Positions 24,656-38,250 are shown, counted from the whole stretch's first letter. The stretch is 63,919 nt of DNA, filler included, from Octopus bimaculoides (GCF_001194135.2; 5 parts of 4 records of this genome joined end to end with filler, not necessarily neighbours in it), one strand, 5' to 3'. Program-made: numbers and translations. The notes: generated by a model not told the origin, from the sequence alone.

Positions 24656-25891
24656 TTACCGCGAAACTCCAGAGGAACAGGCAACTGGATTAGACAAAAT
24701 AAACCACTACATTCTATTATGATATTCAGCACTATTTCTTTCGTTCTTTAAAACTAACGACTATATTGATCTATGTGTATGCGTGTGCGTATATCTATAT
24801 TTATATATATATATTGATTATTTCTTTATATATATATATATATATATAAAGAAATAATCAATATCAGACTTAATTTATCAAAGTTCAATAAATTTCATTT
24901 CATCAAATAAATGAAATTACGCAGAATGGATGTTAAAATGGGTTATACTTTTATTTCATATTCCTATGCAATTGTTTCAGACAAAAGGACCAAAATTTCC
25001 ATAAAGAGGACATCATAAAGGTCGAATTTGTACACTTCAGTAGGTGAGATTTAAGGGAAAATAAAAATAAACAAAAAGACGTATAAGATATACATAGAAG
25101 TTTTCCTTGGCTATCATTATTATTTAGGTANNNNNNNNNNACAATTATTTGAATAGTGACTAAAAACATTAAAGGTCTTGGCTGCTTAAATTTCTAATAT
25201 TTAATTTTTGACTTCCTCATTATTAAACCCAATATATGTTTATTTAAAAAAACTCCCTATAGAAAATACTGGTCAATATGTATGAGCATGTACGTTCAGA
25301 AATACTAAATAAGGCGCTATATGTTCTTTCAAATTCATATTTAAAAATCTGTTAACCGTCATCTGTCATTTCTATTATGTTTGTAAGTAAATAGGAAGCT
25401 AGTACTAGCATGTGAGATTAATTAATAGTTCATATATTTTTTTTTATTTAAGTATTACATACAAGCCAATAATCAATAGACAACATATGTCGTATTACTT
25501 ATCTGAAAACAGCTAGATAAATATAGAGATTAAAAAATATAAACACAGCTAGATAAATATAAAAACATGAACCTTACAAAATATGTAGAAACTCTAGTAA
25601 AGATGTATTAAAAAGGAAACAAATAAGTGATTGTCATAAGATATGATAATGTGGAATTGAGCTATATTAGGTATTGAAGAAAAGCATTTTTTAATAAATC
25701 ATTATTTCCTATATATATTTAGTTTATGGCGAAAATACTGTTGAGTTTTTCCAAAGGAGGAAATCTAAAAATCATATGGTAAATATTTGTAATCAATGCA
25801 GGGTAGACAACATTTGAAAAACCTTAAATACTGGCTCCAGTTTTTTTTTAATGCGTACATACATACATACATACATGCATGCATGCATGCA

Positions 25892-25923
<32 letters not shown>

Positions 25924-27839
25924 CTTATGTGTATACATAAAAAAAGGAGTCTGATCAAAAATGGGAGCATGATCAAAATTACTCACGAAACACAATGTCT
26001 ATTTCAAGTACTAATAATGTCCTGCAGATATATACGCATATATATGTGTGTGCGTGTGTGTGTGTGTGTGTTTGTGTGTGCGTGTGTGTGAGTGTCTATA
26101 TATTTATATGCGTATATGTGCATGTGTGTGTACGTATGTAGGTGTATATGTATATTTATATGTGTATATGTATATACGTACGCGTATATATACATATGCG
26201 TATATATACATATGCGTATATATACGTGTGTACGTATGCATATATAAACATGCAAGTGGGTACATGTGAGCATATATGATTATAGGTATAGATATTTCAT
26301 ATAAACCAGGATTTATATATGAGTATGTGTGGATATAGATATATTTACACATACCTGCCTCTCTGTGTGTATGTGTATATGCGTGTGTGCGTGTATATAT
26401 ATAATAAACTCACATACATTTATACGCGTGTGCATACATATACACACACATATATGCATACATAAACACACACATAGATACGTATACACGTACTTATGGA
26501 AATGTATCCACATTGATTAGTGAAGAATCTATATATATGCGTACACATACGCACACATACATATAAATAAGCATATATACATAGGCATGCATATACACAT
26601 ACATTAAAATAGAAAAAACCCGCATACATATCTCCGTACATGTACACATACGTAAACGTATATTCATACATATACATCCAAATACAGAAAAAATGAATAT
26701 ACTAGTTAGATATATAGTCATACAGGCATATACATCTTAAATATTCTATAATGTAATTAAAATAATTCTGTAAAATTTACAAGGGGATATTAATATTCCT
26801 ACCTAAAGATGTACCGTGAAAGAATTAATAATTTTCAAAAATAATAATACAGAAACTAATATTCTAAAGTATACGTATACACATACATATATACACACAC
26901 ATACATACATACATATACATATATGTGTGTGTGTGTAAATATATATATATATATATAATTTTTAACTTGTATAAAGGTATACACATACATATATATATAC
27001 ACATATATACATATACATTTGTACATATATATATATATATATACATACATATACATACATATATACACATACACATAAAGATATCATATACATTTATAAA
27101 TATATATCCAAATACATGTGCATATATACACACGTACATGCATACATAGATGTACAAATATACAAATAAAAATACAAGCAAGAAGGCAACTATATAGGGT
27201 AAAAGATTCTCTTCCACCTAGACCTTTGCCTGAAAACAATATATTCTACATGTATAAATCCGACTATACAGAAATTATAATTTTGTATTTGCCACTATAA
27301 TCTACACATACACACAAATAAAAGGCCATATGCATTCTTATGTGTGTGTAGGCATATATACATATACACTATTCGGGCAATGGATAGGTATAACATATAT
27401 ATATATATAGATATACATATATATACATACAAATATCTTGTTTCTCATATCTATGGTGTTAACATTACCGATATGTACATTCAAAACATATATATACATT
27501 CAGAAATGCATCTGAACATATACATTTTATCAGTAGGTCAGTAGGTATTTCATTCAAAAACAAGGATATACGTATTTTTTATTATCTAATGGGTCCATAT
27601 AAGTTATTATATGCACAATCATGTAGTTTGGTTATACTTCAATTAGCTAATATAGGCTATTAAGCTATTATAGATCTATGTGTTAGAATTCTTCAATTGT
27701 ATAGTTCAATTTAGCTATTAATATATAAAGTGATATTATGTCTATAGTTTAAAAAATATGGCTATATTATTTTAAAATATATTTTTTTTAATGGTGGTGA
27801 TGTGTATGTGACTTCAAATCTCATCTATAAGTCACTTTT

Positions 27840-28370
27840 GTTTAATAAAATGGTACCACCTACTTATATGTCTACATGAAAAAGCTTTTTCATTTTCATA
27901 TTAACTAGGTTCCTTTTTCTTTTCATTATTTTATAGTCTTCCTCTGGGCATAATCTACAGAATTTATTGTTAATTTTGTAACTAGGTGCATATGCTAAAA
28001 TATTCCATTTGATTGTGTAGTTGATTTTGCTTTTTTTTTTTCAGCTGCCATATTTTCTTTGAAAGTTCTGTACTATTCATTTTGTTTTTGTCCCTCAAAG
28101 TCGATTCGTGATTTGCTATTCTTAATTTAACCCAATTCTGCGTAGATCCGATATAATAAAACTTGGTCATATCTTGTGTAATTATTGTTACCTGGTATAC
28201 TACATTTTTTTCTTCTGCAATCCCTGTCTAACTTGCATCTATCTGGGTCTCTACAATTACAGTTAATATTTTGTGTAGATAGTGAAATATTATTATGCTT
28301 TGTAGATTTATATACGTTATTGTCTGTAAAGATATTTTTATTTTTAAAGGTGTTATTCATACTCATTTTT
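27840..28370 (-). pseudogene. Penelope-like element GIY-YIG endonuclease remnant
   Basis: CNCRDPDRCKLDRDC, YYIGSTQNWVKLRIANH, ELSKKIWQLK, CRLC motifs with frameshifts. Confidence 0.85.
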
Positions 28371-28389
28371 TTTTCTACTTTAAATCAAG

Positions 28390-29665
28390 AAAAGTCCTCC
28401 AGCAAACAGAAAATTGGTGAATTTTGAAGGTGATTTATGGAAATTAGTAAAGAATATTAAGTTTAAGAAAAAGTCCTTCAAGAACAAACACTTAAGAAAA
28501 TTAAAGAATAAAATAAATGATCTTAAAAGAATGAAAGGAATAATAGTACAAGCGGACAAAACTGGAAATTTGTATAATGTGAAACTATACCATGAACTGT
28601 TACATAAGGAAACACTTAAAAAATACAAAATAGTAAATAAAAACTTTTCCGATCTATTACTCTCGAAGCTAAGAAAATAATGAATGAATGAATACAACAT
28701 TGACGACATAACTGAGATTTATGAACCTTTAAGACCAAGAAAAAGTCCAAAAGACCATAAAGAAAATTTTGAAATAGATCCTAAAGTTAGACTGGTATGT
28801 CCATATAAATCCGACCTGGGAAAACTTAGCAAAATAAGTATAGATAAACACACACATTCTCTAAAAAGTAAAATTAAACTTAGCCTATGGTCGAGAACGC
28901 CGGATGCAATTGATTGGTTTAATAAGATTCAAGACATGAATAAATGTCAATTTATACAAATAGACATTACCGATTATTACCAACCCTACTGTATTAAATA
29001 AGGAACTCATAGTTGCAAAGAATAGAACTAACATGTCAATGAAAGAAATTAAAATCATACTTGTAGCAAGAAAAACAGTCAACTTCCACGAAGGTGAATA
29101 TTGGGCAAGAAAAGACACACATGATTGTTTTGATATACCAATGGGCGCAGATGACTCAGCCCAGGTAATCGATTTAGTCGGAATCTATCTTCTACATAAA
29201 TTTAAGGAAGAATTGGCGCCAATTACCGTGGCGACTCTTTATAAGGAACACTACTAATAGAAAGATGGAAAATTACAAAAAAAGACTACACACATTTATT
29301 AAGAACTACGGTCTATCAATTTCAATTGAAAAAGAAACTTACACAGTAAATTTCCTTGACGTAAACTTTAACTTTAAAACAGGTATTCATCAACCCTATA
29401 AAAAAACCTAACGCTAACGTTAGATATATAAATGCAACTAGTAATCCTTCACATAATATTATTGAGAACCTAAGTATGAATATTGACAGAAGAATTAATT
29501 ATCTATATTCAAATGAAGAAGTATTTAATAAACATAAAGATAATTATAATATAGCACTAAAGAAGGCAGTGTATAATTATAAAATTAAGTACAATAAGAA
29601 TTCTAACATGAAGGAAAACCAAAATGAAAATAAGAATAAAAATAATAATGATAAAACTAGAGATA
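28390..29665 (+). pseudogene. Penelope-like reverse transcriptase remnant (opposite strand to its endonuclease)
   Basis: QADKTGNLY, VRLVCPYKSDLGKLSK, DWFNKI..FIQIDITDYY, FDIPMGADDSAQVIDLVGIYLL, NFLDVNF..PYKK, SNEEVFN..YNIALKK. Confidence 0.85.
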
Positions 29666-29673
29666 TATACACC

Positions 29674-30955
29674 AAGTTCTGTCTGATTTTACATTTTATT
29701 AAATGAATGAAATTTAATAATATTTTAGAATGTCTAATGGAATTAAAAATTATTTTTATGCATTTGTGTACATTTAAACTAATTAAATACTATTTTACAG
29801 AATAATAGAATTAAAATATTTTGATTAAAACCCTTTCTAACATGGAAGTATCCAAAGAGCATTTAAGGCACATAATGCTTTGTGAGTACAAAAAAGGAAA
29901 CCCTGCAGCCGAAGTGACTCGAAACATACACTCAAATTGTGGGAAAGAATGCTTGAATGAAAGAAATTGCAGAAGATGGTTTGCAAAATTCAGAAGTGGA
30001 GATTTCAGCCTTGAATATGAAGTTCGAACAGGACGTCCAGNNNNNNNNNNNNNNNNNNNNNNNNNNNNNNNNNNNNNNNNNNNNNNNNNNNNNNNNNNNN
30101 NNNNNNNNNNNNNNNNNNNNNNNNNNNNNNNNNNNNNNNNNNNNNNNNNNNNNNNNNNNNNNNNNNNNNNNNNNNNNNNNNNNNNNNNNNNNNNNNNNNN
30201 NNNNNNNNNNNNNNNNNNNNNNNNNNNNNNNNNNNNNNNNNNNNNNNNNNNNNNNNNNNNNNNNNNNNNNNNNNNNNNNNNNNNNNNNNNNNNNNNNNNN
30301 NNNNNNNNNNNNNNNNNNNNNNNNNNNNNNNNNNNNNNNNNNNNNNNNNNNNNNNNNNNNNNNNNNNNNNNNNNNNNNNNNNNNNNNNNNNNNNNNNNNN
30401 NNNNNNNNNNNNNNNNNNNNNNNNNNNNNNNNNNNNNNNNNNNNNNNNNNNNNNNNNNNNNNNNNNNNNNNNNNNNNNNNNNNNNNNNNNNNNNNNNNNN
30501 NNNNNNNNNNNNNNNNNNNNNNNNNNNNNNNNNNNNNNNNNNNNNNNNNNNNNNNNNNNNNNNNNNNNNNNGTTTCATCAGGACAATGCGCGACCCCTCA
30601 CTACAAAGATCACATCACAGAAGATCGGAGAGCTTGGTTGGGAAAAAATTCCTCATCCACCTTATTCTCCCGGCCTTGCTCCTTTAGACTACCATTTGTG
30701 TCGTAGTTTACAGAATCATTTGAGGGACATAATTTTCACAATCCAGGAGGAGGTCGAAACTGACATTTCAGAGTTCTTCGCTTTGAAACCAAAAGAGATT
30801 TACATTGATGGGATTAAAAAGCTTGTAAATAGATAGAAGGAAGTCATAGATAATCAGGAAAAGTACATTGTTGATTAAATTTCAATTAAATATAACATTT
30901 GATCACTTTTTTTCTTTATTCAAACTTCGAACAGAACTTATGGGATGACCTGATA
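29674..30955 (+). mobile_element. Mariner transposon (gap-spanning, degenerate)
   Basis: MEVSKEHLRHIMLCEYKKG..RRWFAKFRSGDFSLE..RTGRP; after the gap FHQDNARPH and HPPYSPGLAPLDYHL. 3' TIR ends CTTATGGGATGACCTGATA; only the inner part of the 5' TIR is present. Confidence 0.9.
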
Positions 30956-31457
30956 AATATATCGAGGAAATAATCATTTATTTAAAAAGAAACCTTTTCT
31001 TCGATATCTAATATAGCTCGATTTCACATTATTATATTTTATGACAATCACGTAAATGGTGTCAGTTTAAATACATTCAGAAATGCATCTGATCGTATAC
31101 ATATTATCAATTGGTATTTCATTAAAAAACAAGGATATACGTATTAATTTATTATCTAATGGGCCCATATAAGGTATTATATGTGCAATCATTTAGTTTG
31201 GTTATACTTCAATTAGCTAATTTAGGCTATTAAGCTATTATAGATTTATATGTTAGGATATAAATATATGTGTATGTGTGTGTGTGTGTGTGTGTGTGTA
31301 CATACACACACACAAATACACGTACGTAGATACGTATACACGCACACACATACACGTACTTATAGAAATATATCCACACTGATTAATAAAGTGTATATAT
31401 ATATATATAATATATACATACATATACATACATACATATATATATAGATATGCATAC

Positions 31458-31497
<40 letters not shown>

Positions 31498-33279
31498 NNN
31501 NNNNNNNNNNNNNNNNNNNNNNNNNNNNNNNNNNNNNNNNNTTAATTAATTAANNNNNNNNNNNNNNNNNNNNNNNNNNNNNNNNNNNNNNNNNNNNTAT
31601 ATATGCTGGTGCACGGTGGTGCACCAGCATGACCGCAGCCACTTGGCTGAAACACATAAATAAATAAATATATATATATATGCGCGCGCGCACTAATACA
31701 AGATTTGTTCAAACTTGTCCCTCTCGTGTTCATTGCCTAATGTATCTATATCCTTAAAAGCATTGCTGTAATGTGTAATTCTGTGACACAAACCGATTTA
31801 AGCATTGACTTCATGTTATCAATTTAGATACGTTCCAACGAACTCTTTTCGGAAATAAAATAGTAATACAATCATTTATATGCCGGATAAAAAAACATCT
31901 TCAAACGCATCCAGTAAGGTACACATAAAAGATTTGACGAGAAATACACGAGGGGGTAAACTTAATATAAAGTTGTAGTTTTCACTGGAATGGCCCTCAC
32001 ATTCATGGAAATATTACGACCTGTTTTATAGTCGATCCCCTCACAGTCAGGATTAGTACTATATAAATTATCCCACCAGATCCTTGGAAAAGGAACCATT
32101 TTCAGACAGTTAAGGAAGGAGCTACTTGAGCATTTGATCTAATCTTATCTTTATTACCACATGTTGTTCCCACTGTAGACGATGCAATCTTAAATGTTTT
32201 TACGATATGACTCAGTATTTTTTAATATTTTTTACAGCAGCAAACTAATCACAGTAAAGCATCGAGTTTAACGTCCAACGTCATCCCTTTACAAACCCTT
32301 TCGCAACACTGTCGTCTCTTTTCAGCTTTCTTGAATAAGTGTAGTGTTACTTTGCCGTTACGTTCTGTACGCTTGTAAAAGTCAAATGACACAGCAGCGT
32401 CGAAAGATAAGAAAAACAGATTGGAGGCAATAGATAAGAAGTTTATTCAGCAGCAGCGATTGATAAGAAAACCCAAGCCAGAATTTTATTTTATGCCCGT
32501 ATAATGTAAAAAAAAAAAAAAAATGGTTAAAATCTACCCAAGTTTCTGTAAGAGAGAAATTACCAGCCTAATCTCGAAATTAGTGGTCAGTCTTTATAAT
32601 TTCAACAAGTGAGAAATTCCATAACTTGAGTTTCCGTAATGCGGACAATTCCTCCATACGTATACTTATATTCGTTTAACTCTTTGAACAGTTTATACCT
32701 TTACAGTTTTATCTATATTATTCTTTTATCTGATTTTCCCTGTTTGTTTTTGCCTCGTCTCGTTTTACCTACCACTTGCCAACACAGATTCATTAATTTA
32801 ATAAGGAGTCAACAGAGGAACTTCTGCATGNNNNNNNNNNNNNNNNNNNNNNNNNNNNNNNNNNNNNNNNNNNNNNNNNNNNNNNNNNNNNNNNNNNNNN
32901 NNNNNNNNNNNNNNNNNNNNNNNNNNNNNNNNNNNNNNNNNNNNNNNNNNNNNNNNNNNNNNNNNNNNNNNNNNNNNNNNNNNNNNNNNNNNNNNNNNNN
33001 NNNNNNNNNNNNNNNNNNNNNNNNNNNNNNNNNNNNNNNNNNNNNNNNNNNNNNNNNNNNNNNNNNNNNNNNNNNNNNNNNNNNNNNNNNNNNNNNNNNN
33101 NNAAAGACAAACTGGATAATCTGTAGAGTTGCGTCACCAAGATCAACAGGAAGGTTGACTTAGTCATAACTGGAATGCCTTTACCAATACGTCTACCTCA
33201 TGAATATTATCCTGGGGCTAAGCAACAACAAAAACAACAGAGAGGTAGTTAAGTATATTTTTTTACTTAGTTAAGTATA

Positions 33280-33445
33280 GTGGCTGCGTGGCAAGAAGCT
33301 TACTTCCCAACCATATTGTCCCAGGTTCAGTCCCACTGCATAGTACATTGGGCAAGTGTCTTCTACCTTCGGCCTGAGGCCGACTAAAGCCTTGAGTGGA
33401 TTTGGTAGACAGAAACTGAAAGATGCCTGTCGTATATATATATAT
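33280..33445 (+). mobile_element. SINE family C 5' half
   Basis: GTGGCTGCGTGGCAAGAAGCTTACTTCCCAACC..GGTTCAGTCCCACTGC. Confidence 0.82.
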
Positions 33446-33769
33446 AATACAACACCTGTGGTATCGATTAACATCGAAGTAACCATAGAAAATTACAGAA
33501 CAGTAAAATTTGATCTTAAAACGAAAGCAGAGAGTATTTCGAACTCGAATTGCAGTATCATTTATCGGTAATAGTGATCCTGCAATTAAAAATCCGTTTT
33601 GTTAAGAGTAGCCAGCACTTTTGACAAGCATTAATTCAACATCCAGCTGTTTACCCTTCAGAGATGCTTACACTCGGTCAAAATGTAGACTACTTTATCG
33701 ACGCAGAAAAGTTACACATTTCGTTTGTCTGCTACCGGTTCTTTTCCTCTGTCTATTTCATCCTGTCTG

Positions 33770-33850
33770 TCTGTCTGCCTGTCTGTCCAACTCTCTCTCT
33801 GTATCTCTATCTCTCTCCCTTGCTCTCTCTTTCTCTCTCTCTTTCTCGCT

Positions 33851-33900
<50 letters not shown>

Positions 33901-34255
33901 GCCCCTCTCGCCCTCTTTCACTTTTCCCCTTTCTTTCTCTCTCTCTTTCTCCCTATTTCTCTCTCTCTTTCTCACTTTCTCCCCTCCTTCTCCTCTCCTT
34001 CTCCCCGCTTTCTCTTTCTTTCTCCCTCTCCCCGCTCTCTCTTTCTCTCTCTATCTCTCTNNNNNNNNNNNNNNNNNNNNNNNNNNNNNNNNNNNNNNNN
34101 NNNNNNNNNNNNNNNNNNNNNNNNNNNNNNNNNNNNNNNNNNNNNNNNNNNNNNNNNNNNNNNNNNNNNNNNNNNNNNNNNNNNNNNNNNNNNNNNNCTC
34201 TCCCTCTCTCTCTCCCTCTCTCTCCCCCTCTCCCCTCTCCTCCCTCTCTCTCATT
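33770..34255. repeat. (TC)n-rich polypyrimidine tract with gap
   Basis: Directly visible. Confidence 0.9.
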
Positions 34256-34759
34256 CTGCGTTTCTGTGTTTGCACGTGTGTTTGGCGGCTAAGCCTTAAA
34301 GTTTCAAAAATCTAAACTTGTGGTTCACCAATCCAATAGTACAACTGCTCTGCTACAGTTCAAAATTTATTCTACTTTTGCAAATCTTGGTACATTTATG
34401 GCATACATTATAAAGTGTGGTGGCAATACACTTTTCCAGTAGTGCTCATTTGGTTAAGAACCACCTGCCGGATGTCCGATTTGCCAGAGAGTTCCGGAAA
34501 ACCAAATCTAGAGTCAGACAATTATCTCATTCTTATTGCACTGTTTCAAGCCTGCACCTAACTGTCTTTATACTCATTGGCTATGATTACCTAAATTCAA
34601 AGCAGGTCTAGTAGGTTGTATGATTTATTACAACAATCATCATCACCAGGAGCAGCAATAGTAGCAGCAATTTCTTAACATATTTAACGAATATTTCGTT
34701 GGTTTACTATACTGTGGTCAATTCTTCTAGCAACAGAAACTGCGGGGAACACTCTAAAT

Positions 34760-35038
34760 CAGTTGTTTTCAAACTGTGGTCCGCAAGGACAAGACAGGGG
34801 GTCCGTGAACAGCAAATACTTTTTATGGGCAATTTGATTTTATATATGCTTTTTAATCGAAATCTTTTAATTGACAATAAACCTATTTGTTAAATACTGT
34901 TAAATAAACAAATGTAAAAATATATGTTATTTTAAGCAAATATTTATGTATAAATTTCATAAGCGTTTATAAGGGGGTCCCTAAGGTAAAGCCTGAAATA
35001 TAAAAGGGTCCGCAAGTCAAAAAGTTTGAAAACCCCTG
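34760..35038. mobile_element. hAT-type MITE
   Basis: TIRs CAGTTGTTTTCAAAC / GTTTGAAAACCCCTG; perfect 8-bp TSD CTCTAAAT at 34752-34759 and 35039-35046. Confidence 0.9.
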
Positions 35039-35270
35039 CTCTAAATGGTTACACGAACTGCTAGAAATAGTAGGTAAACCTCAATTTAATCACTTTTTCA
35101 CACGTGTACACACAATCATGCATACACTATCATCTTAAAAATAGGATACATTGGAGAATATAGTCCACGGTTTATTGTACCTGAAAAATAAAATAGAATG
35201 TCATGGCTGGAATGCTTTTGATCATAGATCTCTTAGATCAAGACTAACAGAACAACAACAATCTAAGGTG

Positions 35271-35301
<31 letters not shown>

Positions 35302-35393
35302 TTGTAAATAGTAAGGGATTACTCCAAACGTTTACCGGTTGTTCTCAGTTATGTATTCAAAATAGATAATGCTATGCCACTTCGTACCAATCC

Positions 35394-35477
<84 letters not shown>

Positions 35478-35484
35478 TGTGTGT

Positions 35485-35638
35485 GAAGGTGCATGATTCA
35501 GTGGTTAGATCACGGACTCGCGGTCATAGGATCACGGTTTCGATTCCCAGACCGGGCGTTGTGAGTGTTTATTGAGCGAAAACACCTAAAGCTCCACGAG
35601 GCTCCGCCAGGGGATGGTGATGAACCCTGCTGTCATCT
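35485..35638 (+). mobile_element. SINE family A 5' part
   Basis: CAGTGGTTAG..GGTTTCGATTCCCAGACCGGGCGTTGTGAGTG. Confidence 0.8.
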
Positions 35639-35644
35639 TTAGAT

Positions 35645-35955
35645 CGCGCCAAGCTCACAATCATGAAGTAGTGAGATTGATTCCCGGACCGGGCTGTGTG
35701 ATGTGTTCTTGAGCAAAACACATTATTTCAAGTTACTCCAATTCATTCAGATGTGGAAATTAGTTGTGACGTCACTGGCGCCAAGTTGTATCGGCCTTTG
35801 CCTTTCCCTTAGATAACATCAGTGGCACCACGAGGGAAGGCTGGTATGCATGGGCGACTGCTGGTCTTCCATAAACAACCTTGCTCGGACTTATGCCTCG
35901 AAGATGAACTTTCTAGGTGCAATCCTGTGGTCATTCATGACCGAAGTCGGGTCTT
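35645..35955 (+). mobile_element. SINE family E (A/D-type head, distinct tail)
   Basis: GATTCCCGGACCGGGC..GTGTTCTTGAGCAAAACAC head and core, followed by a tail not shared with the other copies. Confidence 0.55.
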
Positions 35956-35982
35956 TATCTCTTATATGTGTGTGTGTACAAA

Positions 35983-36039
<57 letters not shown>

Positions 36040-36091
36040 GTCTGTCTGTATGTATGTATGTATGTATGTATGTATAGGAATATATATTTGT

Positions 36092-36530
36092 GTTAGAAGC
36101 AGCTCAAATAATATAAACATTATTGTTGTCACATACTTAATGTATGTGTTTTGTTTCAACGCTTTTAGGCTGCGGTATTTCGCCAACGGAATGTCTCTTT
36201 AAAACGTAGAGTGTTAAAAAACACAGAATACTTCAAAACCAGGTGAAGCAAATCGCCTCGTAGGAGAACGAGAACGGTAGATGTCGATATTTGACTGTTT
36301 ATTTCAGCTCATCAGTACTGTATACTCGAGTAACCCTCGAAACGAATTCAGATCGCTGGTCCACGATATATACAAATAGCTTAAAATCTCTCTGCTGAAG
36401 TGCGACAGAGCCGCACAAGTAAAATAAAATTCAGTTTTGAGTTAGAAGCCGCACCAATAATGTAAACATTTTTGATGTCACATAATGTATATGTTTTGTT
36501 TAAACGCTTTTAAGCCGCTGTATTTCGACA
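36092..36530 (-). repeat. 349-bp-period direct repeat (~1.27 units) with central hammerhead-like motif
   Basis: 36092-36185 matches 36441-36530; minus 36280-36318 contains CTGATGAG-CTG-AAATAAA-CAG-TC-AAATATC. Confidence 0.55.
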
Positions 36531-36764
36531 GGAAAGATAAAGTTGAACCCTGAAGAAAGTTTTCCATCAGCCTCGGGCCGTGGGGAGACACACCTGCTCG
36601 TCCTCCAGTGTAGTGTGCAAACTCAGAATGTAACATGTGAACTCAGAAGAAATACTGCGAAGCATTCTGTTCGACGCGCTAATAAGTCTGTAAAACATTC
36701 TATCGACGTTATTAATAGTAGTAATTTTTTAAATAAGCACAAAACCAGAAATTTGTTGACCAGC

Positions 36765-36870
36765 GTTAGCCCGATTGAAATGGACCCAGTACTTTAATGA
36801 CACTTTACTGATCCCGGAAGAATAAAAAGCAAAGTTCAACCTTGCGAGATTTGAACCCAGATCATACAGG
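36765..36870 (-). mobile_element. SINE family B, degenerate
   Basis: GACCCAGTAC..AAAAGCAAAGTTCAACCTTGCGAGATTTGAACCCAG. Confidence 0.55.
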
Positions 36871-37028
36871 AACGTAAATAGAAAATAGCAATGTATATTT
36901 ACCCGATACCCCAACGATTCTTCCAAACCATCAAGCATCACTTCTACGACGTTTTGTGATTCGGAAAAAAATTATAGTTTTAATGTATTCAGCCGTTTAT
37001 ATCTTTATCTAGGTATTCTTTAGCTAAA

Positions 37029-37411
37029 GTGGAGGCGCAATGGCCCAGTGGTTAGGGCAGCGGACTCGCGGTCACAGGATCGCAGTTTCGATTCCCAGAC
37101 CGGGCGTTGTGAGTGTTTATTGAACGAAAACACCTAAAGCTCCATGAGGCTCCGGCAGGGGATGGTGGTGAACCCTGCTGTACTCTTTCACCACAACTTT
37201 CTCTTACTCTTACTTCCTGTTTCTGTTGTGCCTGTAATTCAAAGGGTCAGCCTTGTCACACTGTGTCACGCTGAATATCCCCGAGAACTACGTTAAGGGT
37301 ACGCGTGTCTGTGGAGTGCTCAGCCACTTGCACGTTAATTTCACGAGCAGGCTGTTCCGTTGATCGGATCAACTGGAACCCTCGACGTCGTAAGCGACGG
37401 AGTGCCAACAA
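37029..37411 (+). mobile_element. SINE family A, full length (best reference copy)
   Basis: A-box TGGCCCAGTGGT, B-box-like GTTTCGATTCC; 11-bp TSD CTTTAGCTAAA at 37018-37028 and 37412-37422. Confidence 0.93.
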
Positions 37412-37983
37412 CTTTAGCTAAAAACGATTGTCTTACATTTCTGTGATATTTTCAAATCAGGTCATCTATTTCACTTTTCCCGGGTTCAGGTCCAATAATC
37501 CTTATATATGTTAAATATATCTTTCAAAATGTATCTTAGGTGCAGTGAAGCATAGTTTGTTCCTTTGGATTTCTTATCTGATAACCGAGAGTTTGCTGCA
37601 GCTATTGTTCATATTGAATGTGTGTGTGCGTGCGCGTGTTTTTATATACATACTTACATATACATATACATATACGCATATATTCATATACATATATATG
37701 TGTGTGTGTGTGTGTGTGTGAATGTGTTAATGCATATGTTTGTATATATATGTATATATAGATATATATTATACATACGTACGTACGTACGTACATACAT
37801 AATACATACATACATGCATATATACATATGTGCATACACACACATACATGCACATACATATATAATATAAAGAGAGAGAGAGAGGGGGAAGACAAACAGA
37901 CAGACAGAGATCTTATCATTAATGATAAGTGTCATGTACAAAACTCGCGTTCCGAGTATCATTTCGAAACTTCTGCCGATTAA

Positions 37984-38023
<40 letters not shown>

Positions 38024-38062
38024 TTTGTGTATGTTGTGCGTGTCTGCATGTGCTCGTAAAGA

Positions 38063-38250
38063 CGGTGAGTTGGCAGAGAATCGTTAGCACGAAGTACAAT
38101 GCTTGGCGACATTTCTTCCGGTTCTTTACATACTGAGCTCAAAAGACGTCGAGGTGAACTCTGCCTTTCATCCTTTCCTGGCCGATATTATAAGAGAAGT
38201 AGTCAAGTACTGGGGCCGATGTAATCAATGAGTCTAATACCCTAAAAAAA
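38063..38250 (+). mobile_element. SINE family B, diverged
   Basis: GACGGTGAGTTGGCAGAGAATCGTTAGCACG..GTCGAGGTGAACTCTGCCTTTCATCC. Confidence 0.7.

Noticed and set aside
27808-27835. 7-bp-stem hairpin after the Penelope EN stop as a hammerhead remnant
   Set aside because: The core is too degenerate (TAGATGAG..TGAAG) and has no helix III.
37029-37110. tRNA-like A/B boxes at SINE heads as tRNA genes
   Set aside because: They continue into SINE bodies with TSDs and have no complete cloverleaf or acceptor stem.
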